64,000 nucleotides of DNA from positions 793,172 through 857,171 of the forward strand of contig CAJINV010000022.1 in the NCBI GenBank assembly GCA_905178155.1. Direction: 5' to 3'. The notes beneath the pieces are model-generated. The model was not told the DNA's origin. It ran no database searches and was given only the letters and a program-made list of their open reading frames with translations. The DNA comes from Amoebophrya sp. A120 (taxonomy: Eukaryota; Protista; Dinoflagellata). Position numbers and translations under genes: made by a program. Shown piece after piece: positions 11,385 to 22,977 of this stretch (position 1 is its first letter; every line of letters starts with the position of its first letter).

Positions 11385-14300
11385 ATGGCCGATCGTCGCT
11401 CCCTCCCCCTAACGCTGTCAAGCACAACATCCCCGACAATTCCGCCTTTCATCCAGCTGCTGCCAGGACATGCTATGGGGTTCTCGAGCGTGACACTCAT
11501 CTGAGCATGACAAATTATCTAGCGACCGCTGAGATTCTTAGCGGTCGTTAGATAATTTGTTATGCGAAATTACCATCAGCGTCCACACACGCATAATAAA
11601 AGCGCCTTCGCATGACAAACCTCGAAAAGACCAAAGAGCATAGAGATCTGCTCCAGGTTTGACTTTTTACTGCGAGAAGTGCAAGCGCCCTCGCCTCCTT
11701 TCACTTTTGCTATTTTTGCATCTTCAGATCACGCATTCATGTGATTAGCTGAGAATGTGTTAACGGTTGAAAATCCCATACATGCGACGCATCCTAACTA
11801 TGGCTTTTCTCCCAGTGACTGCAGACCTGCCACGGACCCCTTGTATGGCGTCCCCGGAAAAGTGGAGTCGCACCGGGACCTCTTGCGGCTGCTCAAGGAC
11901 AATACCTACAGGTCTTAGGGTGTTTACTTTACTTTTCGCTTTAGGTAGTTTTATTCAAACTTCCCTTTGGGATTTTTCTTTCTTTAGGTAGAAGTTTTCG
12001 CTTGTCTCTTTCAGCACTGGAATACTTTTATTTTTGTATGAACTCTCTGACTATACCTCCAGGACCCACCCGCGTGGGTGCATTCTGTCGGCCGTAGACG
12101 GCACGGTGCTCGAAGCCCAGGAAGGGTGGATATCAAATGCAAAAATGTCTGGGTCTGGAAGATTTCGGGATTTGTGATGCATATTTTGTATGATCCATGA
12201 TGCATGTAATGCATGATCTAGCATCACAGATTTTTAGAGGGCTCCCTAGTGCCTATTCCGCATGAGAAATTCCCTCTCCGCGTAACACAAACTGGACTCC
12301 TGTTGCTGGTCACGCAATACAGATTTTTTTGAAATTCAAAGACAGCATGACAAGTTGCAGTCTTCCAGACCCAGACATTTTTGCATTTGATACTGGAAGA
12401 AGCTGTACAATATTGCGGACGGGGAAGACCCATATCAAATGTGAAAATGTCTGGGTCTGGAAGCTTGTAATGCTGAGGGAGTTAGAATGTGGAGGCCACA
12501 AATGATGGTTTAGCATGACAAGTTTCTGAGCTCCCAAGTCTTGCCTATTCCGCATGACAAACTGCATTTTTGCATCACAGAAAAATAGGGCCTTTGGGTA
12601 ACGCTCATGACAGACTTAAGAGTCTTGCTAGCCTAGCATGACAAACCTTGCACTTTTCCAGACCCAGACATTTTTACAATCCATAACCCAAGGGGCCGGC
12701 CAATTAAGGACGTTTGCGCGGTGCAAGCAAACGGCGGCGGCCCGCAATGGGACAACGGGCTGAGGGAGTTTCTGCAAAATCCGGCGGGGGACCGATGGGA
12801 GGGTATCCTGAGTAAAAATGTACCCACACCAGAGTCAGGATGGGGATTTTGCAACACAAACCTAGGAGTTTTGTGAGTCACGCATGACAAGTTGCACTCT
12901 GCAGTGTAGTGCAGGTTAGCAAGTGCAGCCGCATCACAGATTCATCTGCTCATCCTGTTCACAGCATCACAAATTCCAAAACACGGTTGGAAGTGGCTCT
13001 CATGCGGATGCGCATTATAAGTCTTCCTGTCTTTGCAAATATGCATTACAACTCTGGTGTGGGTACGTTTTTACTCAGGATAGAGGGCGTTCCGGTGTCT
13101 ATCACATCAAACGGGGAGATCAAGACCGTCTATGTCCGCCGGCCTCTTTATGCAGGCGTCAGGTTTGAAATGGACAAAGTTGAAATGATGATTTGTCATT
13201 CATAAAATGCAAGGCATGAAGTGCCTGCCTTGCCGGAACAGCAAGTGAGGCCAATTCCGAGCCTGTTTGATGGGGTTTGAAATATATAGAGCTGCTAAAG
13301 TAGCATGACAAAAGCAGTCTTTTGTCCCCCAAACAGCATAGCACATTGGACTCCGGTCTTGAAAAACCCTAAACCCTAAATTTGTCATGCAACCCCTGAT
13401 AAGTGGGCTTTCGAGTGGTGTCGGTTGTATGCATGACAAACTATTTCAACTTTGACGATTTCGGTCCTGACACTCCCATACTTTGGTGTTCGAGCTCAAA
13501 AATGGTCCGCCGGGGCTGAACGAACAGTGGGAGATGCAAACGCTCGGTGTATTCTGAGTAAAAACGCTCCCACCCCAGAGTTGTCATGCAAATCTGCATG
13601 CCAAAAAAGTTCCCCATGCCGAACCCCATGAGAAGCATTCTCTAGTCGTGTTTGGGAATTTGGGATGCTAGAATCAGCATGATATGCATATCTGTGATGC
13701 CTTTGAACTAGCTAAACAGGATTACGCTACGAGGACAAACTTGTCATGCGAAACAACCAAAGCTGGTGGATTTGTATAAAGCAGATTTATTCGCATCTTG
13801 ACTGTAGTGTGGGTCTGACGTTTTTCCTCAGGATACGGTGATGGGGAGACTTTGCTGTTTCGGAATCAACGCGTGCTGCCAGTGGGGCACCCGAAGTTTG
13901 CGGAGGGTGCGCAGATGGCGATCAAGCTCTCGGTCCTGACCGCGCGAGACCCCTTCGGCACACAGCCACTGGATTTTTTTCTCGAGCCGTATCAAATGTA
14001 AAAATGTCTGGGTCTGGAAGAATTCATGTTTGTCATGCTTGTCTGGCATGACTCTTAAATCTGTCATGCACGTTACCCAAGAGCTCCGTTTTTCTGTGAT
14101 GCAGAAGGGCAGTTTGTCATATGCAGAATAGGTAACACCTAGGAGCTCAGAAACTTGTCATGCTGAGCCAGCATTTGTAGCCTCATCATGAGACGCCAAC
14201 CAGCATCACAAGTTTCCAGACATCCAGGGATTTTTACTTTTGATAAGCCGATCCCCAGCACGATCGCGGTGGCCAGTCCACCGCTCTGTATCCTGAGTAA

Positions 14301-16315
14301 AAACGTACCCACCCCAGAGCTGTAATGCAAATTTGCAAAGACAGGAAGACTTGTAATGCGCATCCCCATGAGAGCCATTTCCAATTGTGTTTTGGAATTT
14401 GTGATGCTGTGAACAGGATGAGCAGATGAATCTGTGACGCGGCTGCACTTGCTACCCTGCACTACACTGCATAGCGCAACTTGTCATGCGTGACTCACAA
14501 AACTCCTGGGTTTGTGTTGCAAAATCCCCATCCTGACTCTGGTGTGGGTACGTTTTCACTCAGGATACTCTACGTCGAAAATTTACTGTACCGCGAGTCC
14601 TTCTATGCATTGCAAAAGTATCATCGTACTTGTAGTAAAATTGCAATCATGCAGGACTAATCTAATCGCACTTCGCATGACAAAGAGATTTTATTTGTCA
14701 TTTTAAGCTAGTTTTTTGCAATGTAAAAATCACCACCAGTACGCTCATACTTTTTCCTTTCATACCTTCCTGTGCAATCCTATGGAATTAATCTCAAACC
14801 TTACATTATCAGCTGCTATATGACTTGTTATGCAAAATTACCGTCAAGATCTACATGATCAAGCTGCTTCGCATGACAAGTTCTACAAGAGACAAACAGC
14901 ATGGAAATCCATGCCAAATCTGTAGTGCGGCGGGTGCAACAACCTTCCCCTTTTCCTTTCGCTTCTCTTGCATATACAAATTCATGTAACAGTTGAGAAT
15001 GTAACGTGGGACGAGAACTGCATAAACGTCGACTGGCACACGGCCGTGCTGGCGAATACTATCCTCGATTTACGCCGCCAGGGCCGCTTGGTAAGTCTTC
15101 CATTTTGCTGGTTTTAGGTCGTCTTTATTTGCTGTCCCGACCGCCCCAGGTCGGTGTGAACAGAACATCTTCATGACTTTATTCGTTTTGTCTATGTGGT
15201 GGACCTTTCGTGATGTCCACCGTAATCAAGAATTCGGTTGTGATTAGCAAGACAAAGAAATAAGTGGCTAGATTCTACCGAAGCCCCCATCTTTGCCGCT
15301 AGGTTCCAGCAATAGCATCACAAATTGGCCAAAGGATCAACCTAACGATCAAAACCACCAGCAAGATCAACCAGCAAGATCAACCAGCAAGATCAACCAG
15401 CAAGATCAATCAATACATATTTGACAATCAAGAGCAGTAGCCTTTCTTCCAAGAATAGTACTTATGTTTATGTGGTGAGGTCTTCACTACGGACGCTATA
15501 GAAGTCTGGCGGATTTTATTTTGGAAACCGGTAAATAAAACACAAGAATAACATCGACAGGCGAGGGGCAATGCGATGTCGATGGTCACGCGTCCGAACG
15601 CCGGCTATCCAATGCAAAAATGTCTGGGTCTGGAACAAAGCAACTTGTCATGCTAAATCTGAATCATGTAAAAATCTGTGTTGCATGATTACCAAAAGCT
15701 GTCCACTTTTGACTTGAGCAAGAGGCAGTTTCTCATGCAGGATACGCATGATAGAACTCTCACCGAATCTGTCATGCGAGGTCCCGCATTCCAGACCTCA
15801 TGGGTCATGGAAAACCTGCATGACAAGTCTGGCATTCTTCCAGACATCCAGGGATTTTTGCAATCCATACCGGCGTCCTCGCTACAATTGCTGAAGAGGA
15901 TGCGTCGACTATGGAGAGGAAAAATCCCCCCTCCCCATATTGAAAAGGTATGTTTCCGAAAATTTGTGTTGCTGATTTGAGGGCACAAATCACATCTGTC
16001 TTGCAAGAAGACAAGGGCAGAAGCTTCCTTCCCATTGTGGAAGCGATTTGTCATGCTGTTGGGCCTAAAGGTCAGCCGTTTGCCATGCTGAGCAACTAGG
16101 CCCATACGCCCCTACCTAGCCTGGGGCTCTGGCCGCAATGCCTCTCTGCAATACAAAGCTGATTTGTGTACACAAATATAGCATCAGAAATTCCGTTTTG
16201 ATATGGAAAGGGGGGACTTTTCCTTTCGATATCGACCGTGGCGCCAGACCACGGGATGAATAGCGATTACTTCGATGATACGCCGGGCGGCAACTACAAC
16301 AGTCCAATGTACTAG
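11385..16315 (+). CDS. Host gene with PAS-like domain; 12 introners and 2 GT-AG introns (11912-12014, 15091-15560)
   Basis: Manual splicing gives one frame: MADRRSLPL...RGCILSAVDGTVLEAQEGWKKLYNIADGEDPRGRPIKDVC...LREFLQNPAGDRWEGVPVSITSNGEIKTVYVRRPLVFEL...YNSPMY*. The PAS call is by resemblance only, and the second canonical intron is less certain. Confidence 0.75.
11474..11780. mobile_element. Introner family E
   Basis: tatgggg...cccata; DR catgc/catgc. Confidence 0.85.
12131..12392. mobile_element. Introner family A
   Basis: TIR tatcaaatgcaaaaatgtctgggtctggaaga; DR gtgga/ctgga. Confidence 0.9.
12433..12684. mobile_element. Introner family A
   Basis: Family A TIR; DR accca/accca. Confidence 0.9.
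12804..13082. mobile_element. Introner family B
   Basis: TIR tatcctgagtaaaaa.gtacccacaccagag; DR gaggg/gaggg. Confidence 0.9.
13149..13480. mobile_element. Introner family C
   Basis: Imperfect TIR tatgcaggcgtcagg..gaaatggacaaagttgaaat; DR ctctt/ctttg; removal restores the frame. Confidence 0.8.
13550..13835. mobile_element. Introner family B
   Basis: tattctgagtaaaaacg...cctcaggata; DR cggtg/cggtg. Confidence 0.9.
13990..14245. mobile_element. Introner family A
   Basis: Family A TIR; DR agccg/agccg. Confidence 0.9.
14289..14567. mobile_element. Introner family B (near-identical inverted copy of 12804-13082)
   Basis: Same 279-bp length, reverse-complement internal sequence; DR ctctg/ctcta. 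Confidence 0.9.
14604..14764. mobile_element. Introner family D
   Basis: tatgcattgcaaaagtat...tttcata; DR ccttc/ccttc. Confidence 0.85.
14781..15024. mobile_element. Introner family E (degenerate)
   Basis: ttacatt.tca.ctg / cagttgagaatgtaa TIR core; DR aatcc/aacgt; removal restores the frame. Confidence 0.75.
15357..15409. repeat. 13-bp minisatellite (accagcaagatca) x4
   Basis: Direct reading. Confidence 0.85.
15606..15869. mobile_element. Introner family A
   Basis: Family A TIR; DR ccggc/ccggc. Confidence 0.9.
15910..16231. mobile_element. Introner family F
   Basis: Family F TIR; DR tcgac/tcgac. Confidence 0.9.
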
Positions 16316-16457
16316 ACGATGCACAGCAAGTCAGAAGCTGACGAGGGAAGTAGTATTAAAGCAGATATAGAACAAAAGAGAACCCGAATTAGTCCTCTAC
16401 TTCAAGAAATGTCTACTGAGCTAAGGTTACTTTCGGACAAGATCGGAGACGAGGCGA

Positions 16458-16778
16458 TATTGTAAGGAAAAATCCCCCCTCCCCATATCGAAAAGGCACG
16501 GCCCAGAAAATTTATCATGCTGATTTGTGACCTCAAATCGTCTCTGTCTTGCAAGAACGCAACCGCGCAGGCTCTGCCGCACTCTGTTGGCGGTTTGTGA
16601 TGCTGTTGGCCCTACAGACTACACGTTTGCCATGCTCAGCGCCTAGCTCAAAGCTTCCCACTTCGGGCTTAGTATAAGCCTGCCGCACTCTCCAGCAAGA
16701 CAAATCGGATTTGTGTACGCAAATCCAGCATCAGAAACTTCGTTTTGATATGGGGAGGGGGGATTTTTCCTTTTGATA
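16458..16778. mobile_element. Introner family F
   Basis: Family F TIR; DR ggcga/ggcga. Confidence 0.9.
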
Positions 16779-16839
16779 GGCGAACTGCGTGCGTCATTCA
16801 ACCTGTTTCATCCAGGAACAAAAATTTGGTTTCTTTCAT

Positions 16840-17082
16840 TATGGCCTTCTCAAATGTTACATTCTCAACTGTTGCGTGAATTGTGATGCAATTTTAGGAA
16901 AAGCTAAAGCAAAAGAAGGGAGCTTGCGCCTCTCGCATTACAAAATAATTAGCACAGATTTCAATGCTGTTTAGCCTTTCAAAAGATTGTCGTGCGCAGT
17001 AGCTTCATCGTGTGGATGCTGATGTGCATTTTGCATGACAAATCATGTGACAGTTGAGAATGTAACGCTTGAGAGCCCCATA
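16840..17082. mobile_element. Introner family E
   Basis: tatggccttctcaaatgttacattctcaactg...cagttgagaatgtaacgcttgagagccccata; DR ttcat/ttcta. Confidence 0.85.
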
Positions 17083-18940
17083 TTCTAGAACATGACTAGG
17101 CTTCCTATCTTGAAAACTGATTTCGTCCGAGGAACGCACTTTTACTTAATGATCATTTCATTTTACTTAAATGTAAAAAGCGAAATCGTTGGCACGAGAA
17201 GAAGCAGAGACGTAGATGTTCATGTTATGCAATTTTCATTTTAGTTTCTCAATGAAGTCAAGAATCAAGAAATAGCTCTAAAGGAAAAGATGAAATAATT
17301 TCATTTCCTTTAATCGAAGAAAGAGTACGTAGATAGTTAGAAATACCAGAATCGAAGAAACAATCACCAACCCGATAATCGTATTTATTATAAATGTCTA
17401 GATGATTACACACCCCAATTCTGCCTCCGAAATCTCCATGAAAGGAGGAAGAGCAACTAAATAGGGTCTCAGAATGGAGCATGAGCTCGAAGAACAACTG
17501 CTGAATAAATGAGATCGAAAATTCACACTATTTACGACGGATGTGTGCGTTTTCAACAAGGCGATGACAACCACACGAGATTGATCGTTGGATGCAAGTA
17601 TTACTCCCTTCCTACTATGTTTTTCGACCCGTCAGTTCTTAACAGCTCTCGAAACAAGAAGTCTAAACTACAAGAACTCCCCAAGTTTAAAATCGCATTT
17701 AGCAAGTTGATGTTTTAGAAAGGTTTCAAAATGAAGGAAAAAAAAACGTGACGAAAAAGAGGAAGAAAAGTGGGACCAGCAGGATTATCCTGGCTCTTGT
17801 TCCCCCGACTGCATGACAGACTGGAAGCAATTTTCGTATCGCGCCGTATTCTGTAGAACTCGGTCGTGAAGAGGGTGCTCGGTACTCATGCCGGAAATTT
17901 CTCGTGAATGTGCGCGAGTTTGACGGTACACGGTCCTATCGGTCTGACCGCAGAAAGCAGTAACTTAGTACCTTGCTCTACTTCGTGCGCACTTTCTATC
18001 TATATATTTGTTTACACTTGTTTACTCACGCGACTCTCGTTTACATGTTGCTCATGACAAGTTGCTTTTGATTTTGCCACTGAGTTTGTGCTGTGGCGCA
18101 TGTGGGCAGTTTTACCGGCAAGGAATCTGTAATGCTGAAAATCAAAAGTCCCTTCACTTTGCGATGTAAGTAACTTTGATGAACGACGACCAGTAAGAAA
18201 TTAGTGTGCTGAGATTTATTCGAGAATTTCGATATTCGCCAGCGCTGTAGACCGACGTGGTTTGGGGAGAAAAATATCATAGATTAGTGAAAAACGAAGA
18301 GTAAAAATTGTCAACCCTTAAGAGCACGGTGCGTGACGCGGGAGGTTCTGAAGACCTTTTTGACGTAGTAGCAGTACCGATAAGTCGTGAAATACGGTCG
18401 CTGAAACTCGTCTCTACTTCCGATGCTGGAAATAACGATAGCATATATTATATATTGCTGTTAGCGTAGAAAAAAATCTACTGCACGGAAATAGAATGTG
18501 AATGATCATAAATTTTAAATCAAAAAAGTTGCGTTTCCTCCAGCTTCAGTTGTCAACGTACAAATACGATTTTTTTCCCGTGTCTTATCGAATACACAAA
18601 ATTATACACAGGAAGACGACTAAGAGGAAAACTCAGTACGAATCTCTCGGTCTCGAAAAGTCGTGTCTATCCGAATAGTATAGAGAAGGATTTTGTCTTT
18701 GATTTTCATCACGGAATAGAGTGTCTATCGGGAAAGTAGTAGTAGAGAAGGATCTTCAACATCACTATCATCATGTCAAAGTCCAACGATACGGTACGCA
18801 CGGAAGCGGAGTGGCGCAAAATGGTGCAAGATGGAGCCGGTGGGCGAGGTACTACGAGTTTCTAAACAAGACTTGAGAGGGGTTTTCTTTTTGGGGTGTC
18901 ACTTCTTCAATTCGTGTTGTCTAGGAGCATCACTATCTTA

Positions 18941-19035
18941 CAGGAACAGGCACAGGATCTTCAAACATTATCTATAAGAAACAGCAACAGGAACACAGGA
19001 TCAAACATTATCTATAAGAAACAGGAACAGGATGC
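18941..19035. repeat. Short tandem repeats upstream of DVNP
   Basis: cacaggatc...aaacattatctataagaaacag twice, plus caggaa units. Confidence 0.75.
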
Positions 19036-19047
19036 AGGATTCCCCCT

Positions 19048-19416
19048 ATGAAATCTCCCAACCACCTTTCCCCAATCACCGCCCTTATTCCTTCAGGTAA
19101 CAAAATCCGGGGCACCTACCAACAGGTTTGGAACGGTACGCGCGGCCGTACTGCGAGCGGTCTTTACAAATCGGATTTGATGATGAACGCCGAGGGCAAA
19201 ATCGTCAGCAAAAAGCGTTCGAAGGCTGGGAAAAAGAAGTTCGCGGGCTGGCACAAGGCTTGCGCGAAGGCCAAGCAAAAGCTGGACGTCGGGAAAAAAG
19301 GCCGGGACTTTGTGCCTATCGGTGGAGTGAGTCGAGATGGCAAGAAGCTCCTCAAGGAGGCGAAACAGGAGTACACGAAAATCAAGGCGATGAAGGTAAA
19401 GAAGGGGAAGAAATAG
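19048..19416 (+). CDS. DVNP: Dinoflagellate/viral nucleoprotein
   Basis: GTYQQVWNGTRGRTASGLYKSDLMMNAEGKIVSKKRSKAGKK and W.KAC.KAK..L...FVPIGG....GK.L.KEAK..Y match the DVNP pattern; Lys-rich; intronless. Confidence 0.92.
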   Translation: MKSPNHLSPITALIPSGNKIRGTYQQVWNGTRGRTASGLYKSDLMMNAEGKIVSKKRSKAGKKKFAGWHKACAKAKQKLDVGKKGRDFVPIGGVSRDGKKLLKEAKQEYTKIKAMKVKKGKK

Positions 19417-19677
19417 AGGAGGTGGACGCCGTGCCTACAGTTGGCGGGAAGTAGACGGGCCGTTCGTATACGATAGCAAAAGCGATATACCGAGGAATTT
19501 TTTGAGCCACGTCGTACCCAGGGCGACTGTGTTTCAGAAAGTGTAACTCTCGGTTATTCGGTTGCGCTTGTGAGGATTAAGAGAACAAAATACGAAATCT
19601 GTAATGCAAATCTCAAAGACCTACAACAAAACATTCGGAGCTGAAAAATCTTTTTTGAAAAACATTGGAATCTTCAA

Positions 19678-19785
19678 GGAAAAACCGCATTGCAGATTGA
19701 TCCCCCCCCCATGGCAGATTGATCCCCCCCCAACCCCATGGAAAAACCGCATGGCAGATTGATTCTGAACAAACCGCATGGCAGT
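19678..19785. repeat. Short imperfect repeats (aaaccgcatggcagattgat)
   Basis: Four partial copies separated by C-runs. Confidence 0.7.
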
Positions 19786-19969
19786 TTGTTTAGAAAGTTT
19801 GAAAATGAAAGAAAAAATAAAAACGTGACGAAAAAGAAGAAGATGAAAAGTGGGACGACCATCATGCTCTTTTGTTCTTGAAAGAGGACGACAAAATTCG
19901 AACTACTACAGGTAATGCAGATGTTTAAAATGGACGAGGAACTAAGATCATTTTGGCCAACAGGAGCTC

Positions 19970-19991
19970 TCCGTAGCCATTTTAGCTCAAG
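19970..19991 (+). other. Dinoflagellate spliced-leader sequence (relict SL or SL-RNA-like)
   Basis: tccgtagccattttagctcaag is a 21/22 match to DCCGTAGCCATTTTGGCTCAAG. Confidence 0.8.
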
Positions 19992-21119
19992 TATATAAAT
20001 GTTGTATGTTGATTTTTAAATATCTAGGCTTTTTGCATTAAGATCTTCCTGCATTCTCCGCTTCTGACGCAAATCTTACGCTTATTGCACTTTCGAAAAC
20101 TTGTAAAACTTTGCATTCTGGTGAGGAATTCTCCCTTTCCTATCTCTTTCTGCACTCACCTGATTCGAAGCATGAAAATCAACCTGCTGCTGTTCAATTT
20201 CAATTTCGATTCGCTTTCGCATCACAGATCCATTTCCGGGTAAAATGCTATTGCTTTCAAGCAAGAAAAAATTATAATCAGAGTTCCGATAAGGTCGCAT
20301 TCTCAGCACTTCGACACGAAGAGAGATCGTTCTTGAAATTTCGACGTGGTCTTCCCGGCTGCAGATCCCCGCTCCGCACAAGAAAATCATAATCAAGCTC
20401 CTTCCATCACATTTTCACTTGTTTGTAAAGACGTTTGTATGATTATTTTCGAGACTAGCCGGCAACTAGATATAGTTAGGTCGTGGTATACGCTAGTTAT
20501 GCATTTCGTTTTTGCGGTGAACCGGTACCCACGGGCGCAAAACGATCGACCAAATGCTAACTAGGGGAGCACCCATTTGGTAGGCTGGGTGTAGCGCTGC
20601 TTGGTCGTAGCGCTCCAGCTTCCGCCATGTGGGACCCCGTGGGCAGAAGTATCCACACTCGCGCCGCGCCCATTTCTAGCTAGGGACTCACGTAGTCGCT
20701 TCCTTCTTCGTTCTCCAAAAAACCCTTCACAGGATGTGCTCTCTCAATTATGTTCAGTTCGCTATGCTACAGTGCTTATTTTCAAACTTCCCTTTGGGAT
20801 TTTAGTTTTCAATATAAATGTTGTATGATTTTTAAATATCTACGTTTTTGAGATCTTCGTGTACAGTTTCACAAAGGGTTTATGTTGGGCCAAGCATATG
20901 TTTATTGGGCCAACTGGCTTCTTCAACATCGCGGGCTAAGATAGCATTCGGACTCTGCATATTTTCGCACTTATCATCGAATCGCGAAGGAGTGGAATCG
21001 CAATCGTTATCGTACGGGCAGCATTAAAAATCGCATTTTCGAGCTAGAGCTAGACTATTTGGGTAACATAGGGGAGAATTAGCACTAGAGCCGGGCGAGT
21101 AACATAGCAGGGGGGAATT

Positions 21120-21282
21120 AACTCTTCGCGCCCGCGAGTTAACCGCCCGGCAGGCCGGCCGGACGGTCATTTAGCTCCCTCGCGGCTTGGACGGTAGAGG
21201 GTTTCTGGCTGGGTGCAAACAGCCCCAGAGGTGCTCGTTGTCATTGGCCGGCCGGCCAGACGCTTAACTCGCGGGCTAGAGT
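21120..21282. repeat. ~160-bp hairpin / MITE-like element
   Basis: aactct..gcccgcgagttaa ... ttaactcgcgggctagagtt, with internal ggccggccgg pair. Confidence 0.6.
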
Positions 21283-21880
21283 TGGCAGGTCATTTGACGT
21301 TACGCCGTTCTTACAAATTGGGTTCTATTTCTAAGTAAATTGAAGTTGTTTGGTGAGTGTAACGCCTATACTTTGGGAAGAAAAATAGAAGCATTGCGAA
21401 CCCGCACCTACATGCGGGCCTTTTGGGAAGAATTGCGGTGCTTGAACCTCCTCTCCATTTCGAAACTAGATCCTTCGAGCGGTGCTCCTCTTTGAATCGA
21501 GGCCCAGGGCTGTCTTGATAATATTTTCACTTCGTTCGCGCATCTCGCCTTTTTGTGGAATAGTTACGCTCGACAAACATCAACGACCCGTATTGACGAA
21601 CGATTTTTCTATAGCCCTAGCATCGATTTGTATTCCCAAAAATAGAAAAGCTCAATCTGTGCAATTGCAAACACGGGTTTGCATAATAGTTGGCCCCGGG
21701 GGCTGCTCCCGTGTTGTAAAACGTCCTCACCTCTGCCGCGGTCGCTTACAGAAGCGTCGTGTGAATAGCGATTAGGCCTGTATATTTTCACTTTCGCCTT
21801 CACCTTCGACCTGATTTAGATTACATGTCTGCAGCAGAGGCATAGTTGTTGTTTCCTTATGGCCACAGTTCAAGCTACCA

Positions 21881-22663
21881 ATGTCGAGACTTGAGGGAGG
21901 AAAGTGCTGCTTGTTCGCCTTTCTCGTGAACTCGGCGTTTGCGGTAATGGCAGTTTTCGCGTCCGGCCTCCACCAAGAAGCATCGTCGCCACACGCAGTA
22001 GCCTCCGCGACTATAAATCATGCGAATGGTGGTCGCGGTCGACGGCGTCCGCATCTGAATCGTGTCCACGGGCACCTAGACCTCCGACAATTCGCGGAAG
22101 ACGCTGCGACGCACAGCCGCCCGCAATCCCCGACGCAGAAAGGACGACTGGACCAGAACGCACAATCAAGGACGACTGGACCGGAACGAGAGGCGACGTA
22201 CAGCCGCCCGCAATCCCCGACGCACAGCAGCCCGCAATCCACAAGTCGCAGCATGGTGTTGGGATCGTTGCCGATCCACTTGACACTGCGGGACAAGAAT
22301 GGGGATAACGACTTTGAAAAACAGAGATCCCACGTGCCCCGCAAGTGGGCGGACCCAGCAACCGCGTCTGCGAATTGTGATTATTTTTATATGTTTGGAA
22401 GTGGATCGAGTTCGAGGCGAAACAGCAACGAGGACCACGTAGGGAGCGGCGCGGCACCTTCGTCGGCCTTGCTGCCGATGAGCAGAGCACCTTCCTCGCC
22501 TAGGCCTCATCCTGAAGATGCGAAACTGAGGCCGCTTAGTAGTATCCTTGTCCTGCCACATGAACCAGCGGATTTATCTTTACTTGCCCCGTTCAAATTA
22601 CCCCCAGCGTTTGGGCTTGAAGATGACTCTGAATGGCTCGACGGGCCTGGTGCTGGCGGTTGA
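21881..22663 (+). CDS. Hypothetical 260-aa Ser/Pro-rich protein with possible signal peptide
   Basis: ATG-initiated ORF, hydrophobic N-terminus, repeated SRPQSPT. Confidence 0.55.
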   Translation: MSRLEGGKCCLFAFLVNSAFAVMAVFASGLHQEASSPHAVASATINHANGGRGRRRPHLNRVHGHLDLRQFAEDAATHSRPQSPTQKGRLDQNAQSRTTGPEREATYSRPQSPTHSSPQSTSRSMVLGSLPIHLTLRDKNGDNDFEKQRSHVPRKWADPATASANCDYFYMFGSGSSSRRNSNEDHVGSGAAPSSALLPMSRAPSSPRPHPEDAKLRPLSSILVLPHEPADLSLLAPFKLPPAFGLEDDSEWLDGPGAGG

Positions 22664-22843
22664 GAAAGATTCGCCAGGACACGAAATACATTCCCGTGCG
22701 TCGGGATCTAAAGCACGACTTCTACGACAAATTAGAAACTTCGTTGTCGAAAATGACCACTGGGTGGCGTGTCTTATTCTTTTGTACAAAAATTTCCTGT
22801 AGAAGTTGATACTTTCACTATGAGCTGTGCCTATCCCAGGGTA

Positions 22844-22977
22844 CTAGTGCTTTCCTTTTCGAAAACAACTCTTTTAGAAAACCGGACACGCATACTTTCA
22901 AGCTAGGGCACTACCTAGTGCTTTCCTTTTCGAAAACATAGCTCTTTTAGAAAACCAGACAAACATACTTTTAAGCT
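22844..22977. repeat. ~71-bp tandem duplication
   Basis: ctagtgctttccttttcgaaaaca...cttttagaaaacc.gaca twice. Confidence 0.8.

Noticed and set aside
13365-13380. aaaccctaaaccctaaa telomere-like repeat
   Set aside because: Only two units, inside an introner; not evidence of a chromosome end
16313-16315. Genome-wide stop-codon reassignment
   Set aside because: The reconstructed genes, DVNP and the RT read hundreds of codons with no in-frame stops and use normal Gln and Trp codons
18772-18866. MSKSNDTVRTEAEWRKMVQ resembling CKS or the MsrB N-terminus
   Set aside because: Too short, frameshifted and ambiguous between two families
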